Shown here in pieces: positions 1-9,216 of a stretch of DNA of 64,000 nucleotides. Within the stretch, counting starts at the first letter, position 1; each line of letters begins with the position of its first letter. The position numbers were made by a program, and so were the translations under genes. The notes beneath the pieces are model-generated. The model was not told the origin of the DNA. It worked only from the letters and a program-made list of their open reading frames with translations, and searched no databases. This stretch comes from Spirochaetia bacterium (GTDB lineage: Bacteria; Spirochaetota; Spirochaetia; CADAEX01): the NCBI GenBank assembly GCA_963662795.1, contig OY759746.1:2144001-2208000 (forward strand). Reading direction: 5' to 3'.

Positions 1-143
1 GTAGCCCTGGCCCATATTTAGAATTATTTGCAAGAGGTTCAAGGGAAAATTGGACTTGTTGGGGAAATCAAGCAGAAGAGTATTTTCCAGATTGGAATAC
101 ATATAGTAACCATTCACAAAATAAAATGATTGTTTATAAATAA
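1..143 (+). CDS. C-terminus of MT-A70-family SAM-dependent (adenine) methyltransferase, 5' end outside window
   Basis: Frame 3 reads SPGPYLELFARGSRENWTCWGNQAEEY...NKMIVYK*, typical MT-A70 C-terminal motif. Confidence 0.7.
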   Translation, partial: SPGPYLELFARGSRENWTCWGNQAEEYFPDWNTYSNHSQNKMIVYK

Positions 144-241
144 GTATTTTTATAATTACGGTATAGATAGTTTTAAATATTAGAACTGAGTCCATACCTT
201 GCCTCCGGCCTATCGGTCTGGACAAGAAAGGGCGGTACTTC

Positions 242-392
242 GGAGAACAGAGGATAATGCGCTTCGCTCCCTTTGGTCGCTTGGGCTTCGCCATAAAGCT
301 GTACTTTAATCTGGTGTAATCTAAAACAACCAGAAAAACTGTTTATTAAAAATATTATGACAGCTTCATCGCTTATCCTCGGGACGTTATGC
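242..392 (+). repeat. attC, native body type A
   Basis: GGAGAAC-AGAGGATAA...TTATCCTCGGGAC-GTTATGC. Confidence 0.85.
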
Positions 393-862
393 GAAAGGCT
401 GGCCGAAGAGGAATAGGCTGGGGGCGGGGGAGAGGAAGACGCCGCCGCACATCGTGTGCGCCGAAGAAAAATTAATAAACTGTGATTTTTATAATCTGTA
501 AGAGTGTTTGTATAAATTACCATTATAAAAGCAGAAAAAATGAAAATATAATTTTATTTTAGCAGTTCCTTTCGTTTCATTTGATTATGGATTGGTTAAT
601 AAACAAAAAAAAATAAATCGCATAAAATGTAATATATTCTTGTAAATGAAAATTATTTGGGATAAAGGTGAAAATAAAACTCTTAAGCTTGAAAGATGTA
701 TTTCTTTCAAGATATTTGCGGATTTGATTCTGGGGCTAGTTATAAAGTTAATTTGCAAAATATTAACCTTGGAATATAGCTGATTATGATAATTTTCATC
801 GTCTCACACTTCCATGTGTTCGACGAAAACCGCCCCAGCCAAGAAGAGCCGGCCATCCCATC
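387..862 (+). other. ORF-less cassette with long-range terminal stems
   Basis: No credible ORF between two attC sites; GC-rich ends pair (416-427 with 830-840; 400-405 with 850-855). Confidence 0.7.
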
Positions 863-1016
863 GCATAACAGCGAATGACCGGTTCCGGCTGTTTCTAAGG
901 AAACAGCCTCCACCCAAATTGCCGAAATAATACATGTTAAGAATAATGGAATAGAGTATAAACTTTTGGAGTGAAAAACACCATCGGCAACTTCGGTCAT
1001 TCGCGAGACGTTATGC
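863..1016 (+). repeat. attC, native body type B
   Basis: GCATAAC-AGCGAATGACCG...CGGTCATTCGCGAGAC-GTTATGC. Confidence 0.85.
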
Positions 1017-1065
1017 TCAATACCAGCCGCAAGAAGAAATCGCCCGGACCTCCGGCCGACGGGCG

Positions 1066-1137
1066 AAGAAAACTTGATCTGCTGTATAATATGCTTTATA
1101 CATAAAAATATATAGTTTTCTAGATATTTAATATGTT
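1066..1137 (+). other. attI-like internal landing pad, copy 1 (crossover G1135|TT)
   Basis: About 70 bp shared with 6029-6100, 11637-11708 and 26021-26091; similarity ends exactly at GTT; GTTCTACGG complements CCGTAGAAC (2806-2814). Confidence 0.75.
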
Positions 1138-1231
1138 CTACGGACAAAGAGTAGTATTATGCTATATTCTAAAAATATGGAACAGATATCAATCTGGGAG
1201 TATTATGGTCAAGAAAAGGATTTTATAAAGA

Positions 1232-1924
1232 ATGAAATTTGAATTAGAAGAGTATAACAGAAATATTTCTTCTCAAGAAATGATTGATGATCTTCAAAAA
1301 GTTGCAAAAAAGCTTAATAAAAAAAGCGTTACAATCTCTGAATATGAAGAATTCGGAAAATTTCATCCTCATTCAATTCAAAATAGATTTCATTCATGGA
1401 ATAATTCTCTAAAAGAAGCGAATTTAGAAATTAACAGAGAAGTGAATATATCGGATGAAGATCTTTTTAGAAATATTGAAAATGTATGGATTACACTAGG
1501 CCGTCAGCCAAGATATACCGAGATCAAAAAGCCTATTTCACAATTTTCGACGAAACCATATGAAACAAGATTCGGAACATGGAGAAAAGCTCTTGAAGCA
1601 TTTGTTCTATACATAAATTCAGATGAAGAAGCTGAAAATGAAAACCATGATTCTATTTCTAAAGGATCAAAAAATAATTCTGAAACAGTAAAATTCGTTC
1701 ATAAAACTAAACGAGATATCTCAGAAAGATTAAGATTTAAAATATTAATGAGAGATGGTTTTACGTGCAAGAAGTGTGGACGGAGTCCCATGAAAGAAAT
1801 GGGAGTTGAACTTCATGTTGATCATATTATTCCGTGGTCAAAAGGTGGTGAAACCATACCTGAAAATCTAGAAACAAAGTGTAAGGAATGCAATTTGGGA
1901 AAAGGTAATGCATTTAATGTTTAA
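1232..1924 (+). CDS. HNH endonuclease with N-terminal homing-endonuclease-associated repeats
   Basis: Two RF.(S/T)W..(S/A)L.. repeats; C-terminal RDGFTCKKCG...LHVDHIIPWSKGG...NLETKCKECNLGK. Confidence 0.85.
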   Translation: MKFELEEYNRNISSQEMIDDLQKVAKKLNKKSVTISEYEEFGKFHPHSIQNRFHSWNNSLKEANLEINREVNISDEDLFRNIENVWITLGRQPRYTEIKKPISQFSTKPYETRFGTWRKALEAFVLYINSDEEAENENHDSISKGSKNNSETVKFVHKTKRDISERLRFKILMRDGFTCKKCGRSPMKEMGVELHVDHIIPWSKGGETIPENLETKCKECNLGKGNAFNV

Positions 1925-1957
1925 TACAATCTTGATTGATAATATGTCGGAATAAAA

Positions 1958-2800
1958 ATGAAATGTCTATTCAGTAATGAGCAAGCAGACACAGAAGAAC
2001 ATATAATTCCTAAATGGTTGCAGAAGAAATATAACTTATACAATCAACTTCTAACAATACCTAATGGCACAAGAATTCCATATACAAAGGTAAAAATCCC
2101 TGTTCGTTCTGAAGACAACTTAATATTTGGAAATATTGAGAAAAATATTTCTGAAGGTAAATACAATATTGATGAAATCTATCTTTGGGGTTTCAAAATA
2201 CATATTGGATTGCTCATGATGGATTCTAAATTGAAAATTAATAGAAAGGATTCTTATTCAGATACAATATTTAATATTGAAGACTTTTCCACTCAACTAG
2301 ATTTATTTCAAAAACTATATTCACATTGGAAGGATGGTAAAACGACTCTTCCAAAATCTATAGGAAGTGTATTCATTCTCAACTCAACATTAGATGAAAA
2401 TCAGTTTGATTTTGTTCATTGTATCAAAACAAATACAATCTTGATCTCTTTCAATAGAATTTGCATCTTAGTGTTTTTATTTGATAATAATGATGCTTTT
2501 AATCATAAGATTGATCGCTCGTGGAATAACGACTTCATTAATAGACCAAATATCTCAAAAGAAGAAAAGTATATTGCCCAGCGAGTATGGGCTTGTGAAA
2601 ATTCTTATCATGCATATAAGAGAATGAGAGATATTCATTTAAAGGAAGTTGATGATACATTGGTCTTACAGCAAACAGAGCCTCATATTAAAGGAGAATA
2701 TTCAAAAGATGAATTCTCTAAAATATGCAAAATGTTTGGGATAGTACTCGAGGAATATAATAATTTTGCCATAAATAGGTACAATGTCTATGTTGAATGA
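1958..2800 (+). CDS. Hypothetical protein with N-terminal HNH-like motif
   Basis: 280 aa ORF; CLF...TEEHIIPKWL. Confidence 0.6.
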   Translation: MKCLFSNEQADTEEHIIPKWLQKKYNLYNQLLTIPNGTRIPYTKVKIPVRSEDNLIFGNIEKNISEGKYNIDEIYLWGFKIHIGLLMMDSKLKINRKDSYSDTIFNIEDFSTQLDLFQKLYSHWKDGKTTLPKSIGSVFILNSTLDENQFDFVHCIKTNTILISFNRICILVFLFDNNDAFNHKIDRSWNNDFINRPNISKEEKYIAQRVWACENSYHAYKRMRDIHLKEVDDTLVLQQTEPHIKGEYSKDEFSKICKMFGIVLEEYNNFAINRYNVYVE

Positions 2801-2807
2801 TAACGCC

Positions 2808-2924
2808 GTAGAACAAAAAGTTGAACCTGACATTCCCTTTGTCACGCTTTGTGCAGTCGCTACGCTCCTTGGCACAAATCGTGCCAAGCCCTTCGGGCAC
2901 GGGAACGCAGGTCAATTGGGCGTT
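2808..2924 (+). repeat. attC, foreign type (inner cassette A); IS inserted at its GTT
   Basis: GTAGAAC...TTGAACCTG/CAGGTCAA...GGC-GTT; unrelated to native bodies. Confidence 0.75.
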
Positions 2925-4680
2925 GAGGCTGTAGATAAAGTGTAAATTTTCAACAATTGCTTTATATCCAGATATTCCCATGATAAAATTCTATCAGACT
3001 GGGAGATTACAAAATGGGTAAATACAAAGAGTATTCTTATGAACAAAAAGTGCTGCTGCCGATAGATTTTTCCGAGCAGGTTCTTCCCGGAACCTTTGAA
3101 CACACACTCAATTTTCTCATTGACCGGGAAATTGATTTAACCATGTTTTATGAAAAACATAAAAATGATGAAAATGGAGCTCCCGCCTACGATCCGGCGA
3201 TCTTACTGAAGATAATTCTTTTTGCTTATTCACGGGGAATTATTTCCAGCAGAAGAATTGCCCGATTATGTCGGGAAAATGTCGTTTGCATGTCCCTCTC
3301 CGCAGATACCCGGCCGCACTTTAGCACCATAGCTGATTTTATTTCTACGATGGATAAAGAAATCGCTCCCCTGTTTACCCGGATTCTCTCGGTCTGTTAC
3401 GCCAATAACGTCATCGATAAAAACATGTTTGCCATCGACGGCTGCAAGATTTCTTCCAATTGCTCAAAGGAATGGAGCGGAACGAAAAAAGAACTGCTAA
3501 AAAAAGCGGGAAAGATAGAGGAATCTATCAAATACCTGTTGGAAAAACATAAACAGGAAGATAAAAGCCGGTATAGTCAAAGTCAGGAAGAGAAAGAAAA
3601 GGCTTCGATAGAGAAACTGAAAGCTAAATCCCAAAAGATCCATGACTGGCTGAACTCAAATGACGATAGAATGGGAAGCCAGGGGAAACCAATAAAAAGC
3701 AATATTACCGACAATGAAAGCGCGAAGATGTCCACCTCCCATGGAGTTATCCAGGGTTATAACGGAATTGCGGCGGTTGATGAAAAGAACCAATTAATCG
3801 TTTGGGCGGAAGCATTTGGCGACAGCAATGAATCCAAACATTTCCCCGAGATTCTGGATGGAATAAAAAACAATTTTAAATCGATTCAGGCATCGGAAGA
3901 TATCTTGAAAGAAACAGTGATTACCGCCGACAGCGGTTTTCATAATGATAATAATATGAAGCTGATTGTGGAAAATAACCTGACAGCCTTTGTCGCGGAC
4001 AACCAGTTTCGAAAGAGGGATGTGAGATTTGCATCAGCCCAGAAACATAAACAAAAACCTGTCACGAATTGGGAACCTGCCAAAGGGAAAAAATATTACT
4101 CAGTAGATGATTTTATCTATGATGAAAATACAAAGAAATTAATGTGCCCAGCTGGTTTCGAAATGAAACTGAAGTGCAGGAACTTTCAAAGCTCTGGCTA
4201 TAGTGGAACATCCTACATAGGGAGAAAGGAAAACTGCTTAACCTGTCCGCTAAGAAAGAAGTGTATACGTAAAGAGAGCACGGAAGTCAGACAGGTGACC
4301 AGGTTTGATAGTAGTCGGGGAAAAGAAAAGGTCTCATTTACAGAACGAATGAGGAGAGTCTTTGACGCGCCTGAAGGTCGGAGTATCTACAGTAAAAGAA
4401 TGGGTACTGTAGAACCGGTGTTTGGAAATATCCGATCGACACTGGGGTTAAATTATTTTACACTGCGAAGTAAGAATAAGGTAAATGTTCAATGGTTGCT
4501 TTTCTGTATTGTGCATAACATTGGAAAAATACAGAGGTATGCGGAAGCATAGGGGAAAATAGAGGATGAAATGAATCAGGGATTACATTTTGACCTCACA
4601 AGACAATCTTATGGACTTTATGATCTTGTAGAATGGGAGAAGTAAATGAAGATTGAAAATCGGGGTTTTTCTACAGCCTC
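2925..4680 (+). mobile_element. IS1182-family insertion sequence
   Basis: Terminal IRs GAGGCTGTAGA / TCTACAGCCTC; flanked by GTT on both sides; single 512 aa transposase. Confidence 0.88.
3014..4552 (+). CDS. IS1182-family DDE transposase
   Basis: GAPAYDPAILLKIILFAY..GIISSRRI, AIDGCKI, ADSGF, YSKRMGTVEPVFGNI. Confidence 0.9.
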   Translation: MGKYKEYSYEQKVLLPIDFSEQVLPGTFEHTLNFLIDREIDLTMFYEKHKNDENGAPAYDPAILLKIILFAYSRGIISSRRIARLCRENVVCMSLSADTRPHFSTIADFISTMDKEIAPLFTRILSVCYANNVIDKNMFAIDGCKISSNCSKEWSGTKKELLKKAGKIEESIKYLLEKHKQEDKSRYSQSQEEKEKASIEKLKAKSQKIHDWLNSNDDRMGSQGKPIKSNITDNESAKMSTSHGVIQGYNGIAAVDEKNQLIVWAEAFGDSNESKHFPEILDGIKNNFKSIQASEDILKETVITADSGFHNDNNMKLIVENNLTAFVADNQFRKRDVRFASAQKHKQKPVTNWEPAKGKKYYSVDDFIYDENTKKLMCPAGFEMKLKCRNFQSSGYSGTSYIGRKENCLTCPLRKKCIRKESTEVRQVTRFDSSRGKEKVSFTERMRRVFDAPEGRSIYSKRMGTVEPVFGNIRSTLGLNYFTLRSKNKVNVQWLLFCIVHNIGKIQRYAEA

Positions 4681-4772
4681 GTTATATGGAATCGAGAAAT
4701 GCAATAAGAATTTATTACCATAGAACAATAAAATTTGATATAATGATTTAAAATCTAAATTACAGAGGGCTT

Positions 4773-5087
4773 ATGCTGTATTATAATGAGAATGATTTAA
4801 ATTCAATGATAAAAACTGTAAAAAAGGCTGCTGCTAACAAGTGTAATAGAAAAAGTGTAGAGAACTTCTCTGACAACGAATTAGATAAAATTATTAGTAA
4901 TGATTTAACAATCAAAGAGATTACAGAAGACTTTATTGAAAGTTATAAGAAATGGATGGAATTTCATTTAAAGATTGAAAATGAAAAGAAATGGGGAAAT
5001 CTCAATGAAAAGGAAATTATCGAACTCGGGGAACTAATACAATCAAGAGAAATAAAAAGAGAAAAATTTATCAAAGCACTAGAATAA
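4773..5087 (+). CDS. Hypothetical protein (inner cassette B)
   Basis: 104 aa ORF with GAGGG RBS. Confidence 0.6.
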   Translation: MLYYNENDLNSMIKTVKKAAANKCNRKSVENFSDNELDKIISNDLTIKEITEDFIESYKKWMEFHLKIENEKKWGNLNEKEIIELGELIQSREIKREKFIKALE

Positions 5088-5130
5088 AAATATAGATGGA
5101 TAAAATTAAAATAGTAGGTTTATAAAAATA

Positions 5131-5601
5131 ATGGAATATTATCATCTAAATTGGAAAGAATATATTAAAAATGACATCATAGAAAATGGTTCTATGGGTA
5201 ATTTTTTAAAACAATATATTTTAGATAATAATGATTTAACAAATTTAGATAAAACTTGGAGATTGTTTCAAGAACAAACATTTGAACTTATAAGAATAAA
5301 CGAATTTCCCGAAAAGCCAAGTCGATATAGATCTATTTTCTTATTTGAGAGTGAAATAGATGCCTGCGAATTTAAAAAGAAAGATAAAAGAGAAAATGAG
5401 TTTTTATATAAAATAGAAATACTTGATTCAACAAAAATTATACATAGAGCATCTATGGGATTATACGAAAGGGTACCAATGGGTAGACCGGTGTTGCCTG
5501 CTCTTGAAGAGCAAGCTCGTCAATATTGGATGGGAATGAATAATCTTGATCATAAATTCAGATGTGAATTATTAGTCGAATCAAAGATTAAAATATTATA
5601 A
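5131..5601 (+). CDS. DUF2441-like protein (inner cassette B)
   Basis: FELIRINEFPEKPSRYRSIFLF...ARQYW...ELLVE motif pattern. Confidence 0.6.
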   Translation: MEYYHLNWKEYIKNDIIENGSMGNFLKQYILDNNDLTNLDKTWRLFQEQTFELIRINEFPEKPSRYRSIFLFESEIDACEFKKKDKRENEFLYKIEILDSTKIIHRASMGLYERVPMGRPVLPALEEQARQYWMGMNNLDHKFRCELLVESKIKIL

Positions 5602-5618
5602 TAATTTTAATAAAATCC

Positions 5619-5757
5619 ATATAACAAGAGATTTGGAGTAGTCAAAACCTTTGGCGCAGTTCTGGCTAAAGACACTCCGCGCTGATCGCGCTACGTTCCA
5701 GAACTGCGCCAAGCCTCGTAGATTCGATCGGTTTCGCTACTCAAATCGTCGTTATAA
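5619..5757 (+). repeat. attC, foreign type (inner cassette B)
   Basis: TCCATATAAC complements GTTATATGGA at 4681; GATTTGGAGTAG/CTACTCAAATC arms; ends GTTATAA. Confidence 0.85.
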
Positions 5758-5832
5758 GAAAAAATTAAAAAGGGAAGAAAGTCCAGCCTTGGCTCCGCCG
5801 TGCGGCCTGGACAAGAAGCGGCTGGTACTGGA

Positions 5833-5979
5833 GCATAACAGAGGATAAAGCGCTTCGCTCCCTTTGGTCGCTTGGGCTTCGCCACACATCGCAGCTGAAA
5901 ATTAGAATGTTCTTGTATAAACTAGTTTGTTTTATGTATTTAAAAATGCGATGCGTCGCTTATCCTCGGGACGTTATGC
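5833..5979 (+). repeat. attC, native type A
   Basis: GCATAAC-AGAGGATAA...TTATCCTCGGGAC-GTTATGC. Confidence 0.85.
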
Positions 5980-6028
5980 TCAATACCAGCCGCAAGAGGA
6001 AATCGCCCGGACCTCCGGCCGACGGGCG

Positions 6029-6100
6029 AAGAAAATTGAATCTGTTGTATAATGTACTTTATACATAAACATATATAGTTTTCTATTTATTTAATATGTT
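6029..6100 (+). other. attI-like internal landing pad, copy 2 (G6098|TT)
   Basis: Same pad sequence; GTTATGTTT complements AAACATAAC (7564-7572). Confidence 0.75.
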
Positions 6101-6149
6101 ATGTTTATAAAGATTCAAATCAACTCATTTAAGTGTATTATTAATAAAT

Positions 6150-7553
6150 ATGATAAACAAAATGGATCAAAAATTTACATTTCAAGATGAAATTATATTA
6201 AAAGGTAAATGGTGGGTTAGCTCAGATAATAAATTACCTGGAACTTTTCAATTTATTCCAGGTCAAAAAAATGAGTTATTATTATCTGGAACTTTGAATG
6301 AAAATGACACAATAATTAGAAATACAATAGATTATGGAAATGGTAAATATAAAATAATTGAACCACTAAATAAAAAATATACAATTTATGGTTTAACAGA
6401 AACTAATCAAAAGATAACTCTTATAAATTGTATATTGACTAAGCAAGATAACTTTTTTGATGATACTAAACTTAAAACTACATATCGGATTCAATACTGT
6501 ATATTTGATGAATATATAAATGATCTCGAAACTCTCAAAATAAAATCTCTTAGTGTATATATGGAAGGGATTTTGCAATTTATTAATAGATACAATGATA
6601 CATTTATTAATCCTAATGAATTGATGGAAGTATTAATTAAAACATACGAAATAAATGACTTTAAAGTATCATTAAAATCTAAACTTTTTAAAACTAATGA
6701 ATTTGAATTAAATAGCACGACTCAAAATGTATACAAAATGAAACCTTATATCGAAGTTACTAGTGTAGAAAACATAAAAAGTTACGATGACATGATTAAT
6801 ATTTTTGATAAATTTAAAGATCTTATAATATTGGGACTAAATAATTCAGTAGAGATAAATTCGATAAATGTAGAATTTGATAATAAAATAATAAATGTCA
6901 TATTCTTACACGAGTACAGATATAAATTAAGAATAAATTATGAAATATTTAAATTATTTGATATTAATGAAGCAATAATTATAAAATGGTTTGAATTATA
7001 TAGTAAAATTCCTAATATAATACAATTACTGAGATCAACAATTCAAAATGAACATGCAAAGCGATTATTTATTGATAATAAATTCTTTAATCTCGCATCA
7101 ATCTTTGAATCTTTACATCACTTTATTTATACCGATAGATTTATAAGAAAAAATGAAAATGAAGATACTATAAAAAAAATTGAATTAATTTATAAAGAAT
7201 TAATGTCTCATAAGAATATGCTTTTTGAATCCTATTTTAAAGTTATCCCAGCTGAAATAAGACAAGATTTTTACTTTCATCCTTTATCGATTACATTTAA
7301 AGACAGATTACTATATTCAATAGATAATTATGTAGATTATTTTAATGATATATCTCCTCTCGAAATGTGTGAAAAAATTAAGAATAAAAGAAATGGAATA
7401 GCTCATGCATTTAATGACATGAAAATGAATGGATTAGAAATCCATAATTTAAATTTAATTTTAAAAAGGCTCATATACTTAGAAATATGTAATTATTTGG
7501 GTATTGATACTAAAATCAATAATATAATAAAACATACATTTAAAACTATATAA
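6150..7553 (+). CDS. ApeA-like N-terminal domain + HEPN protein (putative anti-phage RNase)
   Basis: GKWW...LPGTFQF and IYGLT..KITLINC at N-terminus; FESLH and RxxxxH (RNGIAH) at C-terminus. Confidence 0.65.
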   Translation: MINKMDQKFTFQDEIILKGKWWVSSDNKLPGTFQFIPGQKNELLLSGTLNENDTIIRNTIDYGNGKYKIIEPLNKKYTIYGLTETNQKITLINCILTKQDNFFDDTKLKTTYRIQYCIFDEYINDLETLKIKSLSVYMEGILQFINRYNDTFINPNELMEVLIKTYEINDFKVSLKSKLFKTNEFELNSTTQNVYKMKPYIEVTSVENIKSYDDMINIFDKFKDLIILGLNNSVEINSINVEFDNKIINVIFLHEYRYKLRINYEIFKLFDINEAIIIKWFELYSKIPNIIQLLRSTIQNEHAKRLFIDNKFFNLASIFESLHHFIYTDRFIRKNENEDTIKKIELIYKELMSHKNMLFESYFKVIPAEIRQDFYFHPLSITFKDRLLYSIDNYVDYFNDISPLEMCEKIKNKRNGIAHAFNDMKMNGLEIHNLNLILKRLIYLEICNYLGIDTKINNIIKHTFKTI

Positions 7554-7565
7554 GGATCATTTAAA

Positions 7566-7682
7566 ACATAACAAACATTTTAACCGGTCCGGATTTTTAT
7601 TATGCATTTTGCCCGCTTCGTTCAAATGCAATATACACGCCAACACTTCGTGACAATCCAGCAGGTTAAATGGATTTTATAA
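7566..7682 (+). repeat. attC, foreign type (inner cassette C), R' mutated to TTTATAA
   Basis: ACATAAC...TTTAACC/GGTTAAA...; expected GTT reads TTT at 7676. Confidence 0.7.
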
Positions 7683-7754
7683 AATAAAAAAAAGAGAAAA
7701 AAGTCCAGCCTTGGCTCCGCCGTGCGGCTTGGACAGAAAGCGGCTGGTACTGGA

Positions 7755-7926
7755 GCATAACAGAGGATAAGGCGCTTCGCTCGGAATACCTCGCTTGGCC
7801 TGCGGCACACATCGTAGGTTTTGAATTACAACTTCTATAAACAACAAGTATTGGAAGAAAAATATTGCAACTTTAAAATAGATATTCTTTGTCTACTCTG
7901 CGTCGCTTATCCTCGGGACGTTATGC
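7755..7926 (+). repeat. attC, native type A
   Basis: GCATAAC...GTTATGC with type A arms. Confidence 0.85.
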
Positions 7927-8099
7927 TCAATACCAGCCGCAAGATGCGATCGCCCGGACCTCCGGCCAACGGGCGAGGATATGCGGTAAATTAATATAAC
8001 TTATGTGAACAATCTATCTGGAAAATTTAATAAATGTTCTTTAAATAATTCGTTTAAGAATTGAGAAAATATATTACAAACTAATGTTGTAAAATTGAT

Positions 8100-8129
8100 T
8101 TGACAATGTGCCATAAAAGTGGTACATTA
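8100..8129 (+). promoter_or_regulatory. sigma70-like promoter with overlapping operator palindrome of TA operon
   Basis: TTGACA at 8100, TACATT -10-like; AATGTGCCA...TGGTACATT inverted repeat. Confidence 0.55.
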
Positions 8130-8133
8130 AAGA

Positions 8134-8499
8134 GTGGATAAACAAGATTGTATTGTTTATATAGGACAATGTTTTACTATTGAATGGTATTATGATTCAA
8201 CAGGTTATAGTCAAGCTTTTGAGTATTTTAAATCGACAAGTCAAGCTCAAAAGCGAAAATTCTTTGTCCTGGTAAAGCGAATAGCTGAATTTGGGAAGAT
8301 AATGGATATAACCAAATTCAGAAATGAGGGAGATGAAATATATGCATTCAAACCACAACCAGATCGATATTTATGCTTTTTCATGAAGGGGAAAAAGATA
8401 ATAATAACAAATGGTTTCAGTAAACGAACTGATAAGCTACCAAAGAAGGAAAAAGAAAAAAGTATAAAAGCAATGGAAGATTATAAACAAGGAAGGTAG
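8134..8499 (+). CDS. RelE/HigB-like (Gp49-type) type II toxin
   Basis: KFRNEGDEIYAFKPQPDRYLCFF...IIITNGFSKRTDKLP; toxin-first order. Confidence 0.8.
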   Translation: MDKQDCIVYIGQCFTIEWYYDSTGYSQAFEYFKSTSQAQKRKFFVLVKRIAEFGKIMDITKFRNEGDEIYAFKPQPDRYLCFFMKGKKIIITNGFSKRTDKLPKKEKEKSIKAMEDYKQGR

Positions 8500-8503
8500 A
8501 AAA

Positions 8504-8773
8504 ATGGAAACAACTTTTGATAAATATATAAATAATGATCCCAAAGAACGTGAAAAGTTTGATAGGGAATATGCGGATTTTCTTCTTTCTGAATTTGTTC
8601 TCGAAAAAATGGATCAAGAGAATCTTTCTGTCAGAGCATTAGCAAAAAAAGCTGGTGTGTCTCCAACAATAATTCAAAAAATCAGAAGTAAAAATGCAGA
8701 AAAAATTAATTATAGAACTTTTTCAAGTGTACTCAATTCTCTTGGATATAAAATAAATATTGAAAAAATTTGA
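8504..8773 (+). CDS. HTH (Xre) antitoxin
   Basis: LSVRALAKKAGVSPTIIQKI helix-turn-helix. Confidence 0.8.
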   Translation: METTFDKYINNDPKEREKFDREYADFLLSEFVLEKMDQENLSVRALAKKAGVSPTIIQKIRSKNAEKINYRTFSSVLNSLGYKINIEKI

Positions 8774-8932
8774 TCATATTTTCTTCCAACAATAGATTTC
8801 TCCGGAAAGCACTGAAAAACATTTTTTCATTTAAACAGAGATCAATACGAAATAAGGAAATCCTAAAAAAAAGAAAAGAAGTCCAGCCTTGGCGTTGCCG
8901 TGCGGCTTGGACAAGAAGCGGCTGGTACTGGA

Positions 8933-9105
8933 GCATAACAGAGGATAAGGCGCTTCGCTCGGAGTACCTCGCTTGACCTTCGGCACACATCGTAGGGTTT
9001 GAACTACAATTTTTAGGAACAATAAGTTTTTAGAAGAAATAAATTACAACATTGTGTTTTCTACTCTTTGTCTACGATGCGTCGCTTATCCTCGAGACGT
9101 TATGC
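8933..9105 (+). repeat. attC, native type A
   Basis: GCATAAC...GAGAC-GTTATGC. Confidence 0.85.
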
Positions 9106-9216
9106 TCAATACCAGCCGCAAGATGCGATCGCCCGGACCTCCGGCCAACGGGCGAGGATTTGCAAACCAATTATATATTTGATAAAGTGTTGCTACATAC
9201 AACAACTAGGAGAATA

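Noticed and set aside
1079-1106. Calling the pad palindrome the chromosomal dif site
   Set aside because: Multi-copy, variable spacer and poor XerD-arm match; kept only as a low-confidence finding
5781-5839. 3' hairpin as tRNA or intrinsic terminator
   Set aside because: No cloverleaf or T-loop, and on the + strand it is followed by AAGAAG rather than a U-tract; it might still terminate antisense transcription
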